The notes beneath the pieces were generated by a model. It was not told the DNA's origin. It saw only the letters and a list, made by a program, of their open reading frames with translations, and searched no databases. Below, in pieces: positions 40,659 through 48,962 of a stretch of DNA of 64,000 nt. Positions within the stretch are counted from its first letter, which is position 1. Every line of letters begins with the position of its first letter. The position numbers and the translations under genes were made by a program. This stretch comes from Candidatus Poseidoniaceae archaeon (GTDB lineage Archaea > Thermoplasmatota > Poseidoniia > Poseidoniales > Poseidoniaceae). Where the stretch lies: assembly GCA_049616955.1 (NCBI GenBank), contig JBMZIJ010000009.1:348-64347 (forward strand). The letters are read 5' to 3'.

Positions 40659-40811
40659 TCAGTTCATCTTTTTGAAACCGATTTCGTTTCCAACATCGCG
40701 GAAGCACTGACGGCACAGGCGTAGCCCATGTCGTCGAATCATTCCTCGACGTCGCCCACATCGGCGGCATCCAATCGTTCGTCCCATGTATTCTCCATGA
40801 TCTCGTGCCAT
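40659..40811 (-). CDS. rps14: 30S ribosomal protein S14 type Z (uS14, zinc form), 50 aa
   Basis: This gene is not in the supplied ORF track because it is shorter than 60 aa. My translation of the minus strand is [50 protein letters not shown], with CxxC...CxxC. It starts 2 nt after the L5 stop. Confidence 0.9.
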   Translation of the reverse strand: MARDHGEYMGRTIGCRRCGRRRGMIRRHGLRLCRQCFRDVGNEIGFKKMN

Positions 40812-40813
40812 CT

Positions 40814-41341
40814 TCATTCCTCCATGATCTTAATTCCAAAGTTCGACTTGAACCATTCCATCGACTCGTCTCGAGACACGCCGTGGCTCTTGCCTACCTT
40901 GCTCTTCGCCTTTCGGCGTCGGCTGATACGGTGGCCTGGTCGCTCAAGAACGACGTTGATGTCCATACCGTAGATACCGATGTCTGGATCGTACTTTTGC
41001 TCAGGGAAATCCGTGTAGTCACGAATTCCGAAGGAGAGGTTTCCTTGCGCATCGAAATTCCAGCTTGGGATGGTGTTGTCTCGTACCCAGAAGGCGTTGG
41101 TCAAGAATTCCTTGATGGACTCTTGGTCACGCATGGTCGAGCGGCACCCAATCGGTGCTCCTTCACGTACCTTGAGGTCACGGTTTTGGATCTTACCAAG
41201 CGTTCGCTGTGGGCGAACACCAGTGACCATTTCGAGAACGTTCTCAGCGTTGACCAATCGGTCACCACCTTCGCCAACACCGATGTTGACGCAAACCTTC
41301 GTGATTCGAGGAACACTCATTGGATTGACGGTCTCGCTCAA
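40814..41341 (-). CDS. rpl5: 50S ribosomal protein L5 (uL5)
   Basis: It contains NPM..PRI.KV.VN.GVGE and sits in the conserved position. Confidence 0.93.
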   Translation of the reverse strand: MSETVNPMSVPRITKVCVNIGVGEGGDRLVNAENVLEMVTGVRPQRTLGKIQNRDLKVREGAPIGCRSTMRDQESIKEFLTNAFWVRDNTIPSWNFDAQGNLSFGIRDYTDFPEQKYDPDIGIYGMDINVVLERPGHRISRRRKAKSKVGKSHGVSRDESMEWFKSNFGIKIMEE

Positions 41342-42048
41342 GCCTTCACCTCCATAGCAGGAATACTTGCATCGCCAACAGCGAAGACATTGACTTCAGT
41401 TGTACCGAACTCTTCGAATGCAACTTCGTTTGGCATGCTCGAGCGCTTAACGATGCGCTCCTTCATGAATGCCGTCTCACCCACGTGTGTACCACCGATG
41501 AGGTAGCATCGAACGTCCTCGACGAATGCAATGTGCTCGAGAACGGTTTGATCCGGCAACGAGATTTTGAGTGAATCTCCAGTGCTGAACTCCTTAGCAT
41601 CATCGACAATCATGTTTCGACCGTCGTGGAGGTTGAGTTGGGTTTTTCCTCCCTTGACCGTTGTCTTCCCTTCGATTCGAACAAGCTTCCAAGCGGCTTC
41701 TTCTGCGGAGATCTTGACATAGCGTAGACGACCATTAGCATCGAGCATGCATCGGAAGTGCTCGTCTCCGAGTGAGAGTACGTCCATGAGACCAACACCA
41801 CGACGGGTGTCTTTGCATACACGTCCATCGACCTTGATGAGTTCATTGTGAACGATGAATCGAACTTCACGAGCGCTCTGTGCACGTCCAAGGACATCAC
41901 GAACGATCAAGTTGACCGGCATGCAACGCTCGAGACTGTGGCCACCAGGGCTTGGGCGTGTGACCCAAACGGTGGTCTTTCGTGGAAGAGGCCAGCTTCG
42001 TGGCATGGCCAATCGCTTCAAGTGACTGCTGCTACCCATATTCTTCAA
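41338..42048 (-). CDS. rps4e: 30S ribosomal protein S4e
   Basis: It contains HLKRLAMPRSWPLPRK and a KOW-like region. It has 4-nt overlaps on both sides. Confidence 0.93.
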   Translation of the reverse strand: MKNMGSSSHLKRLAMPRSWPLPRKTTVWVTRPSPGGHSLERCMPVNLIVRDVLGRAQSAREVRFIVHNELIKVDGRVCKDTRRGVGLMDVLSLGDEHFRCMLDANGRLRYVKISAEEAAWKLVRIEGKTTVKGGKTQLNLHDGRNMIVDDAKEFSTGDSLKISLPDQTVLEHIAFVEDVRCYLIGGTHVGETAFMKERIVKRSSMPNEVAFEEFGTTEVNVFAVGDASIPAMEVKA

Positions 42049-42452
42049 CTCCTATCCTCGGTCAACTTTTGCATTCGCAACTTGTCTGTCTCGTCAAGTT
42101 TGACGACGACGACGTTGGAGGCATGGACCGGAACTGCCTCTTCTCTGTTATCGGACTTGGATTGTTTTGCACCTTCAATGAGGATTCGACCTTTGTCAGC
42201 ATCGATTCCGATGACTGGGCCTGTAAGTGGCTCTGCCTTGCGCTTACCACCGTGTCGCTTACCACCGTGAGAGAAATCTCCACGAATGACACGAACGGTA
42301 TCACCTGCACGAACGGTAACGGATCGAACACCTGCGAATCGCTCATCGGGCTTGTCGAGTTGCAATCGTGCTGAAACTCGCTTGCGCTTGGTGTGCATGG
42401 ACGCGTTGTATTGCGCCTTGCGCTGCTTTCCTGGTTTACTTGACTTGACCAT
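42045..42452 (-). CDS. rpl24: 50S ribosomal protein L24 (uL24)
   Basis: It contains SKPGKQRKAQYNA and the KOW motif VRAGDTVRVIRGDF. Confidence 0.92.
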   Translation of the reverse strand: MVKSSKPGKQRKAQYNASMHTKRKRVSARLQLDKPDERFAGVRSVTVRAGDTVRVIRGDFSHGGKRHGGKRKAEPLTGPVIGIDADKGRILIEGAKQSKSDNREEAVPVHASNVVVVKLDETDKLRMQKLTEDRS

Positions 42453-42463
42453 TCTTCTTCACC

Positions 42464-42862
42464 TCATACAATTTGCTTCGCTGTCGCAGCGATACGAGGC
42501 CAACGTTCTGCAGCCTCACGGGAAACTGGCCCTTTGATATCAGACCCTTGGACTTCACCTTTGAGATTGGTAATGACGCAAGCGTTGTCTTCGAATTGAA
42601 CCCACGTACCATCAGCACGACGGAATGGGCGTCGCTGTCGGATGATGACAGCGTTGAACATTTGACGGCGGGTATCTGGTGTACCTTTCTTGACCGAGAC
42701 CTTGGTCATGTCACCGACGCCACCAGCAGGGTATCGACGCATGGTTCCACCGAGCTTGATGACGTTAACGATTTGGACGATCTTAGCGCCAGTGTTGTCT
42801 GCGACGTGCAATCGTGCCATGGTCGGAAGACCACGTGTTTGTCGACCTGCAATTCCACGCAT
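42464..42862 (-). CDS. rpl14: 50S ribosomal protein L14 (uL14)
   Basis: The 132-aa sequence contains L.VADNTGAK and PDTRRQ...AVIIRQR. Confidence 0.94.
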   Translation of the reverse strand: MRGIAGRQTRGLPTMARLHVADNTGAKIVQIVNVIKLGGTMRRYPAGGVGDMTKVSVKKGTPDTRRQMFNAVIIRQRRPFRRADGTWVQFEDNACVITNLKGEVQGSDIKGPVSREAAERWPRIAATAKQIV

Positions 42863-43203
42863 CAGGCTTCACCTCCAGTCTTTTCGATAACACAGAATGA
42901 AACCGTCTTGGAAAGAGGGCGGCATTCCATGACACGAACGGTGTCGCCAATTTCGACTTCACCGATGCAACTTGGAAGGTGTGCGCTGAGAGCACTTGTT
43001 CGCTTCTCAAATCGCTCGTACTTCTTCATGTATCGAACGTTGTTTCGCTCGATGGTAATCGTCTTCTGCATACCAACACCGGACACAACACCTTCGAACA
43101 TCTGTCCACGTAGGCGTAGGCTTCCATAGAATGGACAGTTTTGATCGCCATCCCATTCACCAGTAGGTGTTTTTACGTCAATTCCAATTTTTCGCATGTT
43201 CAT
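42862..43203 (-). CDS. rps17: 30S ribosomal protein S17 (uS17)
   Basis: It contains CPFYG.L..RG..F.G.V.......T..IER and GD.V...ECRPLSKT. Confidence 0.92.
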   Translation of the reverse strand: MNMRKIGIDVKTPTGEWDGDQNCPFYGSLRLRGQMFEGVVSGVGMQKTITIERNNVRYMKKYERFEKRTSALSAHLPSCIGEVEIGDTVRVMECRPLSKTVSFCVIEKTGGEA

Positions 43204-43457
43204 GCCTCCTTGTAGTTGCGGCTCATTCGGTCTTCTGGTCGTTGCCGCAAGGACGACCCGGAAAGGACGGTAGTTCCGTCGTTGAGTGTAAATTGAATCG
43301 ATGCCTTGCCAAGAACGCGCTCGTGGCCGTTCTCGACGATGGTCACCGTCTTTTGTGTCTCATCGATGACGTTTCCTGAACGTCCGGTGAGCGTTGGATC
43401 TGTGGATTCAACAACGGTCAACAGTTGACCAATCCAGGTTGTGTTCATGTCCGTCAT
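43200..43457 (-). CDS. rnp1: RNase P protein component 1 (Rpp29/Pop4-like)
   Basis: It has the Sm-like pattern GQLLTVVESTDPTLTGRSGNVIDETQKTVTI. It lies between SUI1 and S17, as in many euryarchaea. Confidence 0.8.
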   Translation of the reverse strand: MTDMNTTWIGQLLTVVESTDPTLTGRSGNVIDETQKTVTIVENGHERVLGKASIQFTLNDGTTVLSGSSLRQRPEDRMSRNYKEA

Positions 43458-43757
43458 TTATCTCACCTCCACATTGAATCCATTGTTTCGTAGTACATTT
43501 GCTGCCTTCTTTTTGTGATCGCCTTGAAGTTCAATGATTCGACCTTTGACAGTTCCCCCGGCAGCGCATTTGTTCTTGAGTAGTTTTGCTAATTCGTTGA
43601 TGTCGATTGCGACGTCGTCAATCCCTTCCACTTTGGTTACGATTTTTCCGTATCTCCTTCTATCGGTGGACAAGATTGCTCGTTGTTGTTCCTTTGCAAT
43701 TTCTTGGCAGATGCATAGTTCGTCTGGTAGACCACATACACCACAAATTGCCGCCAT
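43458..43757 (-). CDS. sui1: Translation initiation factor SUI1 (aIF1)
   Basis: It has an N-terminal Cys motif (CGVCGLP.ELC.C), then RRYGK.VT.V.G....DI.ELAK.LK...A.GGTVK...IELQGDH. Confidence 0.9.
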   Translation of the reverse strand: MAAICGVCGLPDELCICQEIAKEQQRAILSTDRRRYGKIVTKVEGIDDVAIDINELAKLLKNKCAAGGTVKGRIIELQGDHKKKAANVLRNNGFNVEVR

Positions 43758-43781
43758 AGTCGTTCATCACCTCGTGTTCAT

Positions 43782-43976
43782 TCAGTTGTCCCCTAGATGG
43801 GTCTTGATTCGTGCAATGCTTCGTCGAGTTGCCTTGTAGGCGCCCATATTGGATGGGGTTCCACCAAGCGCTTTCTCGGCTTGCAATTGGAGAAGTTCGT
43901 CTTGCAACTCGATCAATCGTGCCTCAAGCGCTTCACGGCTCATGGCAGAGATGTCTCGGTTTCGGACGTGACTCAC
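43782..43976 (-). CDS. rpl29: 50S ribosomal protein L29 (uL29)
   Basis: It is a 64-aa helical protein containing L..L...L..L..E. There is a 4-nt overlap with S3. Confidence 0.88.
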   Translation of the reverse strand: MSHVRNRDISAMSREALEARLIELQDELLQLQAEKALGGTPSNMGAYKATRRSIARIKTHLGDN

Positions 43977-44656
43977 TCTTCCACCTCCTCAGCAGGAGCT
44001 TCTTCGCCTTCTTCACCCTGGGCTTCTCGAATCTGCAATTCCTCATCGGAGAAGATGGAGATTTCGTGTGGGAGACGAACGTCCTTGCGCATGATTTCAA
44101 CGGTAACACCGATGGTTCCGAGTTTGCGGACGGCAACAGCGTATCCCTTGTCCATGTGCTGGAGTGCAGTTTCACCACAGTACTTGACGTGCCCCATGAT
44201 GAACTTCTGAGTGCGGTTTCGAGAACCTGTGAGTTTTCCAGCGACAGTGACGATGACACCACGTGCTCCTTCACCCATGATGTTCTCTGCAGCACTGTTT
44301 CCAGCACGGCGGTAGTACCATCCACGTTCAAGGGAAGATGCAATCCATTCTGCCATAACCTGAGCGTTGAGGATGGAATCCTTCTGCTTGATTTCTTCAA
44401 CCTTGAGCTGAGGGTCGAACAAGTCGAACTCGCTCTTGAGTCGACCTTCAAGTTCTTTGATGATCTTCCCTTTTCGTCCAATGACGAGACCTGGCTTGAC
44501 AGCGTGAACGGTAACTTCAGTACCGTTTGGTGTACGCTTGATGTCCAATCCACCGAAACCAGAGCGCTTGGTGTTCTGCATCAAGAATTCCTTGACGAGA
44601 TGGCGCTCGACGTTTCGGTCGACAATTGCTTTGATTGTACTCTTCTTACCTGCCAT
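43973..44656 (-). CDS. rps3: 30S ribosomal protein S3 (uS3)
   Basis: It has the KH domain (V.A.KPGLVIGRKGK.I.EL) and a C-terminal acidic tail. Confidence 0.93.
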   Translation of the reverse strand: MAGKKSTIKAIVDRNVERHLVKEFLMQNTKRSGFGGLDIKRTPNGTEVTVHAVKPGLVIGRKGKIIKELEGRLKSEFDLFDPQLKVEEIKQKDSILNAQVMAEWIASSLERGWYYRRAGNSAAENIMGEGARGVIVTVAGKLTGSRNRTQKFIMGHVKYCGETALQHMDKGYAVAVRKLGTIGVTVEIMRKDVRLPHEISIFSDEELQIREAQGEEGEEAPAEEVEE

Positions 44657-44667
44657 GATTGTTCACC

Positions 44668-45273
44668 TCAGAAGTCATCCTCCAACTCATCGTCGGTTGC
44701 GGTGAAGTCTTCGAGGAAAATCTCGAGGTTCACCTGGTAGTGGTTGCTTGGTGTTGCTCGGCCACGGGCACGTGGGATCCATCCTCGTCGGATTTGTCCA
44801 CGGTGGGCTGCAACGTGTGTGATTTCCATGTCTTCTGGTTCGACATCGTCGTATTGGTGACGAGCGTTCTCCATAGCACTCTGAATGAGTTTGATGAAGG
44901 CACGGCTTGCCTTGACCGGGTATCGGCCAGGTCCAACCTTCCCTTTTCGGTGTCCAACCATCGAAGGACCAGATCGCTTTCGACGCTTGTTTCCACTACC
45001 CAATCGGTAGGGGACAGCAGTAGCCTTACGACGGATGTCTGCACGATCGGAATCGATGAGGAGAACTTCGTTAAGGAAGTTGATTGCTGATCCAGCGGTC
45101 ATGCCTTTGATAGCACGAGCGACTTCGAAACAGTGCTTGACGTGCATGTCAACATTGACAGCCCGAGCAGTTGCGAGTCGGCTTCCTTGGAGAAGTTGTG
45201 TGTAGCCACGTTGAGGGAGTTGTCGACGCTTTGTTCGACGGTCCATGTTTCGCTTGTTGCTCATCATCTTCAC
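44668..45273 (-). CDS. rpl22: 50S ribosomal protein L22 (uL22)
   Basis: The core is VKHCFEVARAIKGM....A..FL..V and GRA. At 201 aa it is longer than the roughly 155 aa I expect. Confidence 0.9.
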   Translation of the reverse strand: MKMMSNKRNMDRRTKRRQLPQRGYTQLLQGSRLATARAVNVDMHVKHCFEVARAIKGMTAGSAINFLNEVLLIDSDRADIRRKATAVPYRLGSGNKRRKRSGPSMVGHRKGKVGPGRYPVKASRAFIKLIQSAMENARHQYDDVEPEDMEITHVAAHRGQIRRGWIPRARGRATPSNHYQVNLEIFLEDFTATDDELEDDF

Positions 45274-45274
45274 C

Positions 45275-45766
45275 TCACTTCAATGGTACGTGCTTCGATG
45301 AACGGGTAGCACCAACACCCGGCCCACTGTGGGCAACTCCACGACGTGTGATTGCGAATTCACCGAGGTAGTGACCAATCATCTCAGGTTTGACATCGAC
45401 CTCAACAAAGTTCTGGCCGTTGTGAACTGCGATGGTCTTACCAACGAATTCTGGGAGAATAGGCATATCTCGTCGATGCGTTCGGATCGTGTTTGTCTTG
45501 CTTCGCTGAACACGGTCACGGAACTTCTCGTTCTGTTCGGAAAGTCCACGAACGATTGAGCGTCGGACACGAGCAGGGAGAAGGCGAACAAGATACTCAT
45601 CCGCTCCTTCTTCAGGGAACATTGGCATGTTGTTCAGCGTTTCAATGTCGTATCCACGGTATGTGAATTCCTTCTTCTGACGAGCCGTTGTGGTCGAAAG
45701 TCGCTTACGTGCCTTTCGTCGGCTAGCCTTTGGGGTCATGAATGACTTCTTCTTCTTACGTCCCAT
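45275..45766 (-). CDS. rps19: 30S ribosomal protein S19 (uS19)
   Basis: It contains FTYRGYDIETL and GK.IAVHNGQNFVEV.VKPEMIGHYLGEFA.TR. Confidence 0.93.
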   Translation of the reverse strand: MGRKKKKSFMTPKASRRKARKRLSTTTARQKKEFTYRGYDIETLNNMPMFPEEGADEYLVRLLPARVRRSIVRGLSEQNEKFRDRVQRSKTNTIRTHRRDMPILPEFVGKTIAVHNGQNFVEVDVKPEMIGHYLGEFAITRRGVAHSGPGVGATRSSKHVPLK

Positions 45767-45777
45767 ACATCAACACC

Positions 45778-46494
45778 TCATACTCGCTTGCCGCGACCTC
45801 GTCCCGTGCGGCGTGGGGCAATCAAACCAACCTTGGCACCTGGAGGGGTGCTTCGGGCAACAGAGTTTGGTCCGTGGACAGCCTGGTGGTTTCCACCACC
45901 GTGTGGGTGATCCACAGGGTTCATGGCAACACCGCTGACATGCGGGAAGAGTTTACCACGAGCCTTGGCCTTGTAGTGAGCAGCACCTGCAGTTCGCAGA
46001 GGCATTTCGTCACGGCCATGACCAGCGAGCACACCGATGGTGGCTCGACAGTTACCTGAAAGTTCCTTGAGGGAACCAGATGGCATTCGAATACGAACCT
46101 TGTCGCCAAGCTTGGCCTCAACAATACATGAGTTTCCAGCAGAACGAGCAACTTTGCCACCATCACCAGGTCGAAGTTCGACGTTGTTGATGGCTGTTCC
46201 TTCAGGAATTTCCGAAAGTGGAGTGATGTTTCCTGGTCGCAGAGAGACATTGTCACCAATAGCAATCTTGCTACCGATAGCAACTCCTTCTGTTGCAACA
46301 ACAAGCGTTGTGTCACCGTCTGGCAACTTTACACGTGCCAATGGTGCCGTGTGGACAGGAGAGTGAACCAATTCGGTAACCTCACCAACCACATCCATCT
46401 CTCGTGGCATTTTGTTTGCACCAGGGAATCGGTGGCTTGACACACGATACCGTGGTGATGATCCTTTGCGCTGTGCACGAATTCTCTTACCCAT
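45778..46494 (-). CDS. rpl2: 50S ribosomal protein L2 (uL2)
   Basis: It contains GN..PL..IPEG....N.E..PGDGG and MNPVDHPHGGG. Confidence 0.95.
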   Translation of the reverse strand: MGKRIRAQRKGSSPRYRVSSHRFPGANKMPREMDVVGEVTELVHSPVHTAPLARVKLPDGDTTLVVATEGVAIGSKIAIGDNVSLRPGNITPLSEIPEGTAINNVELRPGDGGKVARSAGNSCIVEAKLGDKVRIRMPSGSLKELSGNCRATIGVLAGHGRDEMPLRTAGAAHYKAKARGKLFPHVSGVAMNPVDHPHGGGNHQAVHGPNSVARSTPPGAKVGLIAPRRTGRGRGKRV

Positions 46495-46505
46495 AATTCC
46501 TCACC

Positions 46506-46763
46506 TCATAGTGCTCCTAGACGCATTGCAGCGTCTTCAGCGTCGTAGCCTTCTGCCAAACGTACGCTTGCATGCTTTCCATGCTTGGTGTTGCGAACGT
46601 TGACGGAGTCGACCTCAACTTCGAAAATAGTTTCAACTGCTCGAGCGATTTGTTTCTTGGTAGCAGCTCGTCGAACAATGAACTCAAGACGGTTATGTGT
46701 GGTACGTGCTTCCATGGTCTTTTCAGTCAACCATGGCATAATGATAACGTCGTATGCATTCAT
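46506..46763 (-). CDS. rpl23: 50S ribosomal protein L23 (uL23)
   Basis: It is an 85-aa protein containing P..TEK.......N.L.F.V...A.K.QI..AVE..F.V.V..VN. Confidence 0.92.
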   Translation of the reverse strand: MNAYDVIIMPWLTEKTMEARTTHNRLEFIVRRAATKKQIARAVETIFEVEVDSVNVRNTKHGKHASVRLAEGYDAEDAAMRLGAL

Positions 46764-46772
46764 GATATCACC

Positions 46773-47654
46773 TCAGTTGAGAGCCTCCACAGCGTCCTTG
46801 GTAAAGACGGTCAAGCGACCGACGTCGCCACCAGGGGCGAGATCTTCGGCGCTGAGATCCTTTGCAGCAACGACATCGACACCTGGAAGGTTTCGAGCGG
46901 CTTGTGCAAGACCAGCCTTCTCCTTGACAACCAAGAGAACGGACTTTGGTGTCTTGTGGACACGGCCACGCATGGTTGCCTTACCAGCACGAATCTTTCG
47001 GTTGGAGCGAGCACGGTGGAGATCGTGTCCAAGTCCTAGCTCGTTGAAGATAGCGAGTACCTTGCGAGTAGCAGAGCCGTGGTTGAAGGTCTCGATGTTG
47101 TACTCCTCAGTCTTACCATCAACGGTCTCGGTGTAGTTACCGAGAACGATTGGCAGGTGCTCGACCGATTCGTCGAGTTGATGACCTCGAGCGGTAACCA
47201 ATTCCATATCGACGGTTGCGGAAAGTGCAGCATCACGAGCCATGCGGCGTTGCTTGGCGTTGAACTTACGGGACCAGTCTTTCTCGACCTTCGGTCCGTG
47301 AGCACGACGACCACCCAATGTGTGAGGGTTTTGTGCAGCACGGCGTTGTCCTGTTCGTCGCATGATACGAGAGACACCACGTCCCTTGCCCCACCATTCG
47401 ACGGAGTGCTTCATACCAGCCATTGGTCGGCGCTTACCGACGTGTCGGCGGGAACCGTAGGCTTGTCGGCGATTGGCTCGACTGGATGCAACGGCATCTC
47501 GTACGAGATCAACACGGACGGATTGTGTGAACGATTCAGGAAGGGTGACCTTCGATCCGTCTTCGACGGTGATGTCAAAGACGCTCTGAAGACGACCTGC
47601 ATCCATCTCATCTTGTGTGATGTTGTTGCTGATGTTCTTGACGGCTACCTTCAT
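46773..47654 (-). CDS. rpl4: 50S ribosomal protein L4 (uL4/L1e)
   Basis: It contains R.QAYGS......G..HSVE.WG.GRGVSR..R and GGRRAHGPK. At 293 aa it is somewhat long. Confidence 0.92.
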   Translation of the reverse strand: MKVAVKNISNNITQDEMDAGRLQSVFDITVEDGSKVTLPESFTQSVRVDLVRDAVASSRANRRQAYGSRRHVGKRRPMAGMKHSVEWWGKGRGVSRIMRRTGQRRAAQNPHTLGGRRAHGPKVEKDWSRKFNAKQRRMARDAALSATVDMELVTARGHQLDESVEHLPIVLGNYTETVDGKTEEYNIETFNHGSATRKVLAIFNELGLGHDLHRARSNRKIRAGKATMRGRVHKTPKSVLLVVKEKAGLAQAARNLPGVDVVAAKDLSAEDLAPGGDVGRLTVFTKDAVEALN

Positions 47655-47656
47655 CT

Positions 47657-48673
47657 TCAGGCCCCCTGCTTGCTACGTGTACTAACGTAGGTGATTTCGT
47701 ATGGCTGTGGTTCCTCGTTGGAACGAATTGCATCACGGAATCGAATCAATCGCTTGGCAGGTCCTGGGACGCTACCCTTGATGAGAATGTAATCAGAGTT
47801 GACTTCACCGTAGTGAAGGAATCCACCGGCAGGTGTAATCGAGTGCTCTTCTGGGTTAGCAACACGGAGAACACGCTTGTTGAACTCAGTTCGCTGGTGG
47901 TATCCTGTTTGACCACCTTGACGAATGGTCTTTCGGACGTATCCTGTACCAAAGTCACCCATGTTACCGTGTTGTCGGCGCTTCTTGGAGTTCTTGTGCG
48001 ACTGGAGCTTACCACCAAATCGTCGGATAACACCTTGCCATCCGTATCCTTTGGTGACAGCGACGATATCGGTCATAGCACCTTCTTCGAACGCATCGGT
48101 GAAGGAAACTTCGTCACCGAGTCGCTCTTGAGCGAAAGCGAGTTGATCGCTTGCAGCACCGCCATCGAGTCCAACTTCCATGACTTCAGGAACCTTGGAA
48201 GGAGAGCCTGTGACGTTGGAAGGTTGTGTAGCGACGATGAGGCGAACTTCGCACAAATCTTGCTTTCCGAGGTTCTCAAAGTGCTTGTCCGCATCGTGAT
48301 TCTTACGGTTTGATACACGATCGAAGACTTCTGGGAACGATTCAGTGAGTGTTTCAGCGTCAACCCAAACTTCACCAGCGGCTTGCTTACCGTAAGGTGT
48401 CATTCGGTATCCACGAACGCCGAGAATACGCATCTTCGGTACCTCGACAACGGTTACAGGAATTCGAATTTCCTGGCCGGCGCTGGTTGATCGTGGATTA
48501 AGATCTCGAGCAAGAACGTGTGTCATTCCTGCTTTCCAACCTGCAAATCCTTGCATTCGTACTTCGCTTGCGTCGCTGGTCGGCCATGACTTGACGTGAC
48601 CAAACGGTCGGTTGGCCCGCTTGCGCGGGCTAAACGCCATGCTACCTCGACGTGGGTGGTGTCTTTTTGCCAT
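47657..48673 (-). CDS. rpl3: 50S ribosomal protein L3 (uL3)
   Basis: It begins MAKRHHPRRGSMAFSPRKRA, as other archaeal L3 proteins do. ATG 48673 has GGAGGA 7 nt upstream. The ORF formally opens at ATG 48688. Confidence 0.94.
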   Translation of the reverse strand: MAKRHHPRRGSMAFSPRKRANRPFGHVKSWPTSDASEVRMQGFAGWKAGMTHVLARDLNPRSTSAGQEIRIPVTVVEVPKMRILGVRGYRMTPYGKQAAGEVWVDAETLTESFPEVFDRVSNRKNHDADKHFENLGKQDLCEVRLIVATQPSNVTGSPSKVPEVMEVGLDGGAASDQLAFAQERLGDEVSFTDAFEEGAMTDIVAVTKGYGWQGVIRRFGGKLQSHKNSKKRRQHGNMGDFGTGYVRKTIRQGGQTGYHQRTEFNKRVLRVANPEEHSITPAGGFLHYGEVNSDYILIKGSVPGPAKRLIRFRDAIRSNEEPQPYEITYVSTRSKQGA

Positions 48674-48835
48674 TTTGGGCTCCTCCATTATTCTACAACA
48701 CAGAGGCTCCGTAGAGCGTGCGAGGGCTCATCAGGCCGGGAGTAGCCGTGACACAGAGCGCCATTTCCACGAGCGGGAAACGGTGCCAGCGGGTTCCATT
48801 TGGATTGCCCAACGTGTCTGGCTGCTCACCCTTAG
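48674..48835 (-). promoter_or_regulatory. GC-rich structured 5' leader (or small RNA) between the promoter block and L3
   Basis: There are two strong hairpins. At 48820-48842 the minus strand reads GGUUGCUC-UAAGGGU-GAGCAGCC (8 bp). At 48758-48786 there are 11 stacked positions, including one wobble and one mismatch. CUCUGUGU occurs as a direct repeat. No convincing ORF is present. Confidence 0.4.
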
Positions 48836-48864
48836 AGCAACCTTCCGACTTTCCACCCCTATAT
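48836..48864 (-). promoter_or_regulatory. Putative promoter block upstream of the L3 r-protein operon (ATATAGGGG + about 20 nt)
   Basis: The minus strand reads ATATAGGGGTGGAAAGTCGGAAGGTTGCT, matching the 16S upstream block at 22 of 29 positions without gaps. Confidence 0.4.
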
Positions 48865-48962
48865 GAGTAGTTCGGTGTTTGAAGTGCCTGAAATCCAACG
48901 ACGTCGGCTCGTTTCAGCCCTTACACATCATCCTTTTGAACCCTCGACTTTTTCCTTGAATC

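Noticed and set aside
40654-40839. A 61-aa ORF from the supplied track lying between L5 and S8.
   Set aside because: It is in the wrong frame. It overlaps the L5 3' end and has no r-protein-like sequence. The real gene here is the 50-aa zinc-type S14 in another frame (40659-40811).
43811-44740. A 309-aa plus-strand ORF across the S3/L22 region. Similar long antisense ORFs lie at 36655-37416, 35841-36455, 40805-41506, 42473-43129, 47079-47690 and 38635-39201.
   Set aside because: All of them lie opposite unambiguous ribosomal protein or SecY genes. They show no motifs and arise from codon-bias mirror frames.
44668-47654. Longer-than-usual L22 (201 aa), S19 (163 aa) and L4 (293 aa), considered as a possible finding.
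   Set aside because: The extensions are modest terminal basic or acidic tails that vary widely among archaea. Without alignments I cannot show that they are unusual.
48700-48760. A C-box-like CUGAUGA in the L3 leader (minus strand), and a CAGGCCGGGAG stretch on the plus strand reminiscent of SRP RNA helix 8.
   Set aside because: There is no D box (CUGA) at a suitable distance and no terminal stem for a C/D sRNA. There is no GGAA tetraloop or closing helix, and the region is far too short for SRP RNA.
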